Part shown: piece by piece, positions 16,954 through 23,723 of the stretch
How positions within the stretch are numbered: position 1 is the stretch's first letter
Layout of the letters: every line of letters begins with the position of its first letter
IMG/VR virus record: IMGVR_UViG_3300035135_002062
Source: an uncultured virus (IMG/VR IMGVR_UViG_3300035135_002062)
Lineage: Duplodnaviria > Heunggongvirae > Uroviricota > Caudoviricetes
Direction: 5' to 3' (one strand)
DNA length: 24,024 bases
Translations under genes and position numbers: made by a program
The notes under the pieces: generated by a model
The model's input: the letters and a program-made list of their open reading frames with translations, nothing else
What the model was told of the DNA's origin: nothing
Databases searched by the model: none

Positions 16954-18041
16954 CGTATTAGTCTTTTAAATCTTTTCTGACTCTCGTTTAACGTATTTGT
17001 TTCCGCCAATTTAAGTTCAGGTTTAGGTATATCAAGAGGTTTTACCCCTTTAGGTTTAAGTGCGATTACCTTTTCGATTTGTGGTCTGTTCGCGCCCAAC
17101 AAAAATTCTTTGATTCCCGCAAGAGTTTTCTTACCTAATTTACCGTCGATAGAACCAACGATTTCACCAAGACCCGCATCGTGTAACATCTTTTGGATTT
17201 CAGATACATCAGATCCTGTCATTAGTCTTGTTCTCACAACAGGTTTTTCTTCTGCACTTCCACCATCTTGTTGTGGTGTTTCAGGATTTTCACCACCCGC
17301 TTCAGGTTTTGGATCTTCTGATGGTTTTGGTTCTGGTTCCGCTCCACCAGGATTTAGGTTAAGTCCCGCCTCTTCAACATCACCATACTCAGCGAGTTCA
17401 CTTAGGCTAAGTTCAGAGATGGCCGCATATTGTGCTCCGACACATTTTGTTTTCTCAGGGAAAGCCACGTACTTGTTCTGAGAATCATCGAAGTTATATA
17501 ATGTACCATCAGGTTTGACACCGTAGTATCCACCTTGTGCTTGAAAATATAGGATACCTCTTCCACCATCTTCTTTATACCATTTGTAACCAGGTGTGTC
17601 TTTAAGACAAGGGAAAGATGCCAATATCTTTTCTTCGACAGGATGTGCTTCTGATTCTTTATCATGTCCCGCTGCGATGGATGCGTCGTACGCCTTTCTA
17701 ATAGGTCTAAGTACATATACATTCCAAGTGTTTTCTCTATCGATATCACCGTCCAACCAACTCATTAAACCTTCACCTGTGTTGTTTTTAAATGCGGAGA
17801 ATACCGCTTTTACATCGTGTAGGTTATTACATTTATTGAACGCCGCCGCGATTGCGTCTTCGTCAGTCCCCATTCCTTTAATTGCATCATACAAAGCGTC
17901 GGAAATACTATTAAGTTCAGATGAACTCAAAGTACCTTTACCTGACACCAATTTTGTATTTACAAGGGATTGTATTTGATTGTATGAACTTTCGTTTAAA
18001 AGTTTTTTATACTGTGATTCAGTTAATCTAATTTTCTTCAT
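16950..18041 (-). CDS. Annexin-repeat plus peptidoglycan-binding-domain protein with the shared MKKIRLTESQ leader (start 18041)
   Basis: ISDALYDAIKGMGTDEDAI...FSAFKNNTGEGLMSWLDGD (annexin consensus) and GSDVSEIQKML...IDGKLGKKTLAGIKEF (PG_binding_1-like); TATTTATA on the minus strand at 18060-18067. Confidence 0.8.
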   Translation of the reverse strand: MKKIRLTESQYKKLLNESSYNQIQSLVNTKLVSGKGTLSSSELNSISDALYDAIKGMGTDEDAIAAAFNKCNNLHDVKAVFSAFKNNTGEGLMSWLDGDIDRENTWNVYVLRPIRKAYDASIAAGHDKESEAHPVEEKILASFPCLKDTPGYKWYKEDGGRGILYFQAQGGYYGVKPDGTLYNFDDSQNKYVAFPEKTKCVGAQYAAISELSLSELAEYGDVEEAGLNLNPGGAEPEPKPSEDPKPEAGGENPETPQQDGGSAEEKPVVRTRLMTGSDVSEIQKMLHDAGLGEIVGSIDGKLGKKTLAGIKEFLLGANRPQIEKVIALKPKGVKPLDIPKPELKLAETNTLNESQKRFKRLIR

Positions 18042-18161
18042 TTTTACGTGGTTTTTATATATAAATATCAAGTTTTTTATAATAGTGTATAATAAGTCTC
18101 AAAAATCCCACGAAGTGGTCATCCGACGTTTCCCCGAAGGGTCACGAGAGGTCAGAGATCG

Positions 18162-18857
18162 TTAGATTCTATTAAATTTATACAATTCTGTAAACAGACC
18201 TGACATATAGTAGTTATCGGGGTGTCTATTTGTATTCCAACCACCTGAGAAGGTTACACCTTGCGAGGGGTTAATTGTATTAAGGGTAAGAAAATGTATG
18301 GTTCCTTCCACATCAAAGTCATAGGTCTGATATTCATTGTTCCCAAAGTTCATAACCACACATAGATTATAATTAGAGGTATAGTTTTTTAGAGCTTCGT
18401 CTATCTTTCTACCTCTTTGTTTCATATCTTCCATTATGGTTAATTTATCTGAACCGATCTCATAGTGATAATGGAGGTTTTCGGGGTGTTTTGTAAGTTC
18501 GGGGGAAAACATAACAATAAAGAGTTTTCTCAAAGGAGAATTACACATATCGTTAAAACGATTAATACATCTCTTATAATATTCATAGTGATCATCTCTA
18601 CGTGGATCTTTATGAAAGAAGAAATCCTCATGATATAGAGTATGTCCACAATTATGTTCATAGAAGTCATTTTTAACATCCACATAATAGGACTTATCCA
18701 AAAACTTCTCAAACCGATTCTCGAGACAATCGGATATAATGTTTTCATCAGAGAAAGTCCAATCAAATGGATAGGATACATTCTTGACTTTTATACGTTG
18801 CATGAATCTTGCGGTGTGACAAACAGTTCCGAGGGAACAAACATGATGATATTCCAT
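18162..18857 (-). CDS. DUF1796 putative papain-like cysteine peptidase
   Basis: SLGTVC...SYPFDW...FFFH...YY.RCINRF motifs. Confidence 0.75.
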   Translation of the reverse strand: MEYHHVCSLGTVCHTARFMQRIKVKNVSYPFDWTFSDENIISDCLENRFEKFLDKSYYVDVKNDFYEHNCGHTLYHEDFFFHKDPRRDDHYEYYKRCINRFNDMCNSPLRKLFIVMFSPELTKHPENLHYHYEIGSDKLTIMEDMKQRGRKIDEALKNYTSNYNLCVVMNFGNNEYQTYDFDVEGTIHFLTLNTINPSQGVTFSGGWNTNRHPDNYYMSGLFTELYKFNRI

Positions 18858-18870
18858 ATAAGTTTTTAGT

Positions 18871-18884
18871 TATAAATATTTATG
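18871..18884. promoter_or_regulatory. Overlapping divergent TATTTAT elements (palindrome ATAAATATTTAT)
   Basis: TATAAATATTTATG between the divergent ORFs starting at 18857 (-) and 18882/18888 (+). Confidence 0.5.
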
Positions 18885-19130
18885 GTTATGAAGAGATTGA
18901 TAAACTACATAAAGAAGTTTAGGTTCATATCTTATATTGTGATCACAACTTCGATGAAAAAGTCGGGAATGGAATGGGAGGTTATCATTCCTGAGGTATT
19001 CTTAATAATCGTCCTTGTGGAACTGGCATCACGTCGGGGGAAGAAAGTTGATATTAGAACAGAGGAAGGAAAGAAAGAAGCCATGAAGATGGTTGAAGAG
19101 TTTACAGAGGACATCACAAAAGATGAATAA
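18882..19130 (+). CDS. Small hypothetical protein with a hydrophobic segment (start uncertain: 18888 or 18954)
   Basis: ORF overlapping the start of the next gene. Confidence 0.55.
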   Translation: MVMKRLINYIKKFRFISYIVITTSMKKSGMEWEVIIPEVFLIIVLVELASRRGKKVDIRTEEGKKEAMKMVEEFTEDITKDE

Positions 19131-19554
19131 GACCCTTAAACACTTACTGTGGACGGTAGTCCCCTTTGCGGTGGGAAACCTAATACTTGTAGAATATCAA
19201 GACACTATAGGGTTATTCTTCTTAGGACTTATTATAATGATGATTCCATTTATATACATCCCCATAGTATTCACAAAACAATTCAAATCAGTAATGGAGA
19301 CCATTGGGAACATCTTAGACCCATCAACCTATATACAGGAAAAATCGGTGGAAAAGATGGAAAAAACAAAATGGTGGAAGAGATATGTAAAGTGGACACA
19401 AAACACACTATGGATAAAATGGTTAAATAGACAATCCATTATAGTACAACTCATTATAGGTATACTATTCCTATTGGTTATGAATTACTTGTTAGGTCTA
19501 ATAGGATTTGAACTTGAGTTCATATCAGATATAAAAGAAATTATATCTTCTTAA
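19123..19554 (+). CDS. Membrane protein (about 3 TM helices)
   Basis: Hydrophobic segments; likely start MNKTLK at 19123 overlaps the upstream stop. Confidence 0.75.
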   Translation: MNKTLKHLLWTVVPFAVGNLILVEYQDTIGLFFLGLIIMMIPFIYIPIVFTKQFKSVMETIGNILDPSTYIQEKSVEKMEKTKWWKRYVKWTQNTLWIKWLNRQSIIVQLIIGILFLLVMNYLLGLIGFELEFISDIKEIISS

Positions 19555-19685
19555 CCTATAGGGAACTTCATCAACGGCATATCAGTAAAACCAAAGATAA
19601 AAGAGAATACACTTCCCCATAGAACAATAGTAAAACCTATTATCACAATCCAAGTAAACAATACGTCCCATTTAATCTTTCTCAT
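19551..19685 (-). CDS. 44-aa membrane peptide (absent from the ORF track)
   Basis: MRKIKWDVLFTWIVIIGFTIVLWGSVFSFIFGFTDMPLMKFPIG; overlaps the upstream 55-aa ORF. Confidence 0.55.
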   Translation of the reverse strand: MRKIKWDVLFTWIVIIGFTIVLWGSVFSFIFGFTDMPLMKFPIG

Positions 19686-19839
19686 TTTCTTCTTGTATTA
19701 GTTTACAAATATAATCTATTGAATCACTATCTCCGAGTAATGCCCCGTACTTTTTATAGTAATTTACAATAGATGGATTATCTTTCACTTGTCGTTTAAG
19801 TGAATCTAATGTAGGGAGATGTATGTGTGTATAACTCAT
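19672..19839 (-). CDS. 55-aa hypothetical protein (absent from the ORF track)
   Basis: MSYTHIHLPTLDSLKRQVKDNPSIVNYYKKYGALLGDSDSIDYICKLIQEENEKD; TATTTATG on the minus strand at 19844-19851. Confidence 0.6.
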   Translation of the reverse strand: MSYTHIHLPTLDSLKRQVKDNPSIVNYYKKYGALLGDSDSIDYICKLIQEENEKD

Positions 19840-19872
19840 TTCCCATAAATAGTTACAATATATTTATAGTAT

Positions 19873-20268
19873 ATGTTTTCATTACTCCTTATAGTCAAAG
19901 ACCATAAGTTCCTTTTCTTTAAAAGACATAAGGAAGATGTTACTTATGCATCTAATTGGGGTTTACCTGGCGGATCTATTGAGAAGGGTGAAACTCCCGT
20001 TGAAGGTCTTATCAGAGAACTAAAAGAAGAACTTGGAATGGTTATTACAGAGTTTACTTTACTTAAGAAGTATAATAGAAATGGAAAAACTATTAATGTT
20101 TACTATAAAGATTCCCCCGATTTTGATGAAAGTCAGATACGTCTGAATTTCGAACATACAGACTTCCGTTATTTTACTTACCACGAAATCTTAAATGGTA
20201 AAGAATTTATCCCTGGTACTATAGAAATGATTAACGACTATATTAAGTCCTACTATAGATTATCCTAA
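19873..20268 (+). CDS. NUDIX hydrolase
   Basis: Nudix box GGSIEKGETPVEGLIRELKEELG; TATTTATA at 19861-19868. Confidence 0.92.
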   Translation: MFSLLLIVKDHKFLFFKRHKEDVTYASNWGLPGGSIEKGETPVEGLIRELKEELGMVITEFTLLKKYNRNGKTINVYYKDSPDFDESQIRLNFEHTDFRYFTYHEILNGKEFIPGTIEMINDYIKSYYRLS

Positions 20269-20283
20269 TAGACATCAGAATAG

Positions 20284-20913
20284 TTACGCCAAATCGTCTA
20301 AGACTTTAAATGCTTTGGTTAGGAATTCACCTTTTAATCTACCGACACTTGACCTCACCTGATTTGAACCCTTTAGTGATTCATCACCGATATAAACTAC
20401 TTTTTTATTTTCTATACCATGTGCCTTTACCGCTATACGACCACCATTAGAAGGTATGACTAATGACCTTATTAAACTTCTTTCATAGTAGTCTACATAT
20501 TTCTTGGCCTGTTTTTTTATGTGTTCCACATTGTCTTTAGTAACTAATGCTTTGGCTAATAATTTGTTTATTGGGTTGTTTAGTTTCTTTAAACCTATAT
20601 TGTAGAATACATTTAATAACTTACTAATATCTCTATCCCTATCATAGTTGGGTAATAAGTTGTAGTAAGCATAAACACTATTTAGATTAACATTATAGAA
20701 AACATCTATATTTTTTTCGAACGTTTCTTTAAACATTTCGAAATATTTCTTTTCTGTACTATCTGAAAGAGTTTCACCTTTTGATAAAATCCTGTTGAAG
20801 TGACGATCCACCGATTTTTTGATTGACGGTAGTGCTACCTGATAGACAGTCTTCTTATCTACTTTGACTTTAGGATATTCCTCCGATTCTAATATGATGT
20901 TCAGTAGTTTCAT
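20284..20913 (-). CDS. Basic hypothetical protein (MKLLNIILESEE N-terminus)
   Basis: ORF; TATTTATC on the minus strand at 20918-20925. Confidence 0.8.
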   Translation of the reverse strand: MKLLNIILESEEYPKVKVDKKTVYQVALPSIKKSVDRHFNRILSKGETLSDSTEKKYFEMFKETFEKNIDVFYNVNLNSVYAYYNLLPNYDRDRDISKLLNVFYNIGLKKLNNPINKLLAKALVTKDNVEHIKKQAKKYVDYYERSLIRSLVIPSNGGRIAVKAHGIENKKVVYIGDESLKGSNQVRSSVGRLKGEFLTKAFKVLDDLA

Positions 20914-20944
20914 ATCAGATAAATATTTTATTTTTAATATATTC

Positions 20945-21140
20945 CGATTTTTGGAAAAATTTCCAGAAAATTTTCTTTTTGATTTTACCCATAAAAACCC
21001 CTTTTTAGGATTTTTCCCCCAAAAATTTTTGTCACGGCATTGACCCCCCTGTACAGAGTACCAAAAACCCCTATATTAAGGGGGGATACGGGAGGGGGTA
21101 CCTGCAGGGGGGTCCCCCTATAGGGTATATAGGGAGGGTG
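20945..21140. other. Non-coding A/T-tract and G/C-tract palindromic island (candidate terminus/packaging site or origin)
   Basis: Seven runs of 3 or more G at 21080-21138, nested palindromes (GGGGGTCCCCC, CCTGCAGG, CCCTATAGGG) and AAAATTTT tracts; genome organisation changes across it. Confidence 0.45.
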
Positions 21141-21281
21141 CCAATTAATATATGATCCTGAACCTCAAGGCAATACGTTAAACTATTATTTTGGTATTTA
21201 ATCTATTTTTTTCTTAGGCGATTTTCCCAATCGGGAACAATCCTTTATCTTTACACTATTATTAATTTAAACATTTGAACT

Positions 21282-21578
21282 ATGTACACAAAAACAATTA
21301 CAAGAAACGTTTATGAATGGAATGACCTCACTCCCAAAGAAATGAAATGGATTGAGAATGAAACCAACAAGTTTATCGAAAGTCAAAAAGAAGTATTATC
21401 TTCTATGTTGTCAAAGGATATTCTTATTGAAAACACATTAGAATACCTATCCGATTTTTGGGGAGAAGCCCTAAACGATAAGAGTAGGGAATGGGATATT
21501 TCAAAAAATGATTTACTCACTATGATTCATCATGTAGTAAACTTAAAGAAGAATAGGAAAGAACTTATATTTGATTAG
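21282..21578 (+). CDS. Hypothetical protein (early-type unit)
   Basis: ORF followed by a terminator. Confidence 0.8.
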   Translation: MYTKTITRNVYEWNDLTPKEMKWIENETNKFIESQKEVLSSMLSKDILIENTLEYLSDFWGEALNDKSREWDISKNDLLTMIHHVVNLKKNRKELIFD

Positions 21579-21606
21579 ACTATATTTTTTTTAATTATTG
21601 TTATTT

Positions 21607-21636
21607 CCCCCGCAGAGATGTGGGGGTTTTTTTTTT
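21607..21636 (+). terminator. Intrinsic terminator
   Basis: CCCCCGCA-GAGA-TGTGGGGG plus T10. Confidence 0.85.
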
Positions 21637-21779
21637 GATCTACCATCTGAGTCTCCTCAGGTATATACTGATTGGCACGTGCCCATTAAAATACAACAGC
21701 GCATGCGCGCACAGTGATCATAATCTTCTGCTGTTGATCGCACCGTGCATCTCCCTTAATCTATTCGGCATATTTTCTT

Positions 21780-21810
21780 TTTGGATATACAAGAATTTTT
21801 ATTATATTTG
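21780..21810 (+). promoter_or_regulatory. Bacteroidota-type promoter
   Basis: TTTG 21780-21783, 19-nt spacer, TATATTTG 21803-21810. Confidence 0.7.
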
Positions 21811-21838
21811 AATATAGTAATCAATTAAAATTTAAGTC

Positions 21839-22030
21839 ATGATAGAAACTATCGAGGGGTTTATAAACCTCATCATTTCGGAAACAAAAGAGAACGGAGT
21901 AGGTATGTTGTTACTTACGGGATTTTGGGCAACTTGTGTTGTTATGTTCTATGGTACACTACTTTATTGTATCTATTCGTATATCAAATTTCAAATCAAT
22001 AAATTCTCAATGAAATGGAAAAGAAGTTAG
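21839..22030 (+). CDS. Small membrane protein
   Basis: Hydrophobic core; sits directly behind the promoter. Confidence 0.7.
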   Translation: MIETIEGFINLIISETKENGVGMLLLTGFWATCVVMFYGTLLYCIYSYIKFQINKFSMKWKRS

Positions 22031-22149
22031 ATAAAATTATCGAATGGTTAGATAGTCCAACTATGGATAAGATAACTAAATGGATATTAATTTTCAGTGT
22101 TGTTTATTTTGTAGGTAGAACTCTTGTATCTTTTATATGGAATATATAA
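22015..22149 (+). CDS. 44-aa membrane peptide (absent from the ORF track)
   Basis: MEKKLDKIIEWLDSPTMDKITKWILIFSVVYFVGRTLVSFIWNI. Confidence 0.6.
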   Translation: MEKKLDKIIEWLDSPTMDKITKWILIFSVVYFVGRTLVSFIWNI

Positions 22150-22181
22150 CTTACTCTTGAAAAATTGTAATAACAAAAATT

Positions 22182-22209
22182 CCCCCTCGAAAGTCGTGGG
22201 GGTTTTTTT
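22182..22209 (+). terminator. Intrinsic terminator
   Basis: CCCCCTCGA-AAG-TCGTGGGGG plus T7. Confidence 0.8.
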
Positions 22210-22333
22210 GTACACGACCCGAAGGTTCACCTGAGTCTTGACATTTTAGTTGGCAACCCCCGCCGAATAGAATGGGAGATGAACCGTCGTCTACTGAGAG
22301 GAATGAAGTATTCACCTGTCGCGGGTATCCCTA

Positions 22334-22384
22334 ATTTTAATCAGCACACTTTTATTTTGTATATAAAGAAAAAAGTGTTATATT
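22334..22384 (+). repeat. 51-bp exact direct repeat, copy 1 (contains a Bacteroidota-type promoter)
   Basis: attttaatcagcacacttttattttgtatataaagaaaaaagtgttatatt, identical to 22920-22970. Confidence 0.95.
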
Positions 22385-22390
22385 AGAGAT

Positions 22391-22918
22391 ATGAATAAAA
22401 CCCCAAATAATGTAGACTTCATTACAGCAATGAACTTCATAGAAAAAGTAAAACTTGATTGCGAAAAACAAGTACCTAATTTTAACTCACTATCAATTAA
22501 CAAACTCATTAATCAGTTAATAGAGTTACTTAATGATTTAAAAGGTAATGACATCCAACTTCTCGGTAAGTATAAGGTTTTTAATCTTGTATATTCCACA
22601 ATTAATAAAATTCGATATACTATTGAAGACCCCTCGGCAAGTTATTTAAGATATGATGATTGTATTAATGAACTATCTCATGTAATCAATATATGTAGTT
22701 TAAGATTTAAGTACAATAAAGACAACATTAAAAAAAGACACCTATTAACTTATTATAAGGGTTTTACAATTAAAACCCATCCATTTGGTAGAACAACTAT
22801 GGGAATGAAAAGTAATAAACACTATAAAAATGAAGATGAAATTCAAAAACATTCAGAAGAATTATACTTTGATAAAATGACACAAGATTTAAAACACCTA
22901 CATCACTGGCTTTATTGA
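22391..22918 (+). CDS. Hypothetical protein flanked by the direct repeats
   Basis: 175-aa ORF between the two 51-bp copies. Confidence 0.8.
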   Translation: MNKTPNNVDFITAMNFIEKVKLDCEKQVPNFNSLSINKLINQLIELLNDLKGNDIQLLGKYKVFNLVYSTINKIRYTIEDPSASYLRYDDCINELSHVINICSLRFKYNKDNIKKRHLLTYYKGFTIKTHPFGRTTMGMKSNKHYKNEDEIQKHSEELYFDKMTQDLKHLHHWLY

Positions 22919-22919
22919 C

Positions 22920-22970
22920 ATTTTAATCAGCACACTTTTATTTTGTATATAAAGAAAAAAGTGTTATATT
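22920..22970 (+). repeat. 51-bp exact direct repeat, copy 2 (promoter TTTG 22942-22945 / TATATTTG 22965-22972)
   Basis: Identical to 22334-22384. Confidence 0.95.
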
Positions 22971-23003
22971 TGAGTATAATTAAAAAAGTAAAATTCATTG
23001 GGT

Positions 23004-23480
23004 ATGAAAAACACTAAACAACAAATTACACTTCAAGAACTTGAAAGATTAACTGAAAGTTTTGAAAAAGGAGATTTCATTAACTTGGAAACATTTACCA
23101 AAGTTAAAATGAGAAAAACGAATAACCCTTTTTATGATAAGGTTATGAAACTATCTAAAAAGAATGTTCGTTTGTTACCTGACTACGAAAAGAGGAAACA
23201 AAAAACTAATCCTAATTTCGAGGTTAAACCAAATTGGTTTGAACACATTACCGATTGTGTCGTTAAACATAGAAACAACGATAACAAGTATTTGATGATT
23301 GAGGGTTTTGAAAATGTACACACTAACAACACATTTTTCAATGAGGGGAACGAAATTTCAAAAGATGAAATTGAAACCTATCTTCCAAACTATCAAAGTC
23401 GTGATGTAAATGTTATGACTATCAAATTAGACAACATTAAAAAGATTTCGTACAAAGGTGTTAGGTATGAGGTTATATAA
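23004..23480 (+). CDS. Hypothetical phage protein (ATG 23004)
   Basis: ORF behind a canonical promoter, followed by a terminator. Confidence 0.85.
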   Translation: MKNTKQQITLQELERLTESFEKGDFINLETFTKVKMRKTNNPFYDKVMKLSKKNVRLLPDYEKRKQKTNPNFEVKPNWFEHITDCVVKHRNNDNKYLMIEGFENVHTNNTFFNEGNEISKDEIETYLPNYQSRDVNVMTIKLDNIKKISYKGVRYEVI

Positions 23481-23512
23481 TAGGAGTTTACTAAACCTTT
23501 TCTCTTATTATG

Positions 23513-23540
23513 AAACCCCCGCGAAAGTGGGGGTTTTTTT
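23513..23540 (+). terminator. Intrinsic terminator
   Basis: AAACCCCCGC-GAAA-GTGGGGGTTT plus a T run. Confidence 0.85.
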
Positions 23541-23668
23541 ATGTCCATATTTTTTATCCACATGCATCCTTGAGTTTAATCTATTTGGCACGATCTGCCG
23601 AATAAAATAAGATGACGCCGTCGGGACAAAATTAAATCTCGGTTGTTAATAAAAAAATATCATAAAGA

Positions 23669-23700
23669 TTTGGTTATATGAAAAACTTGTATTACATTAG
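23669..23700 (+). promoter_or_regulatory. Variant Bacteroidota-type promoter
   Basis: TTTG 23669-23672, 20-nt spacer, TACATTAG 23693-23700. Confidence 0.5.
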
Positions 23701-23723
23701 TTAGGTAATCAATTATTATTGTC

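Noticed and set aside
18094..18161. Hammerhead ribozyme on the minus strand (…TGA-stem-GAAAC)
   Set aside because: No intact CUGAnGA core paired with GAAA and stems I/III.
2730..19430. Numerous short overlapping ORFs (e.g. 2730, 3030, 3335, 4993, 5683, 7976, 10172, 11996, 12396, 13338, 14003, 14034, 14720, 16680, 16693, 16730, 17110, 17402, 17596, 17980, 18530, 18642, 18932, 19149)
   Set aside because: Antisense or off-frame shadows of better-supported genes, with no motifs or expression signals.
21620..21811. 63-aa ORF
   Set aside because: Begins inside a terminator hairpin and runs through repeat and promoter elements; likely non-coding.
21672..23600. TTGGCAC motifs as sigma54 (-24/-12) promoters
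   Set aside because: The required GG-N10-GC spacing with TTGC is not met at 21672, 22250 or 23585; the motifs fit an inverted-repeat family better.
21139..23614. CRISPR array or integron
   Set aside because: The repeats are degenerate, irregularly spaced and in both orientations; there is no cas or integrase gene in the window and no canonical attC RYYYAAC/GTTRRRY ends.
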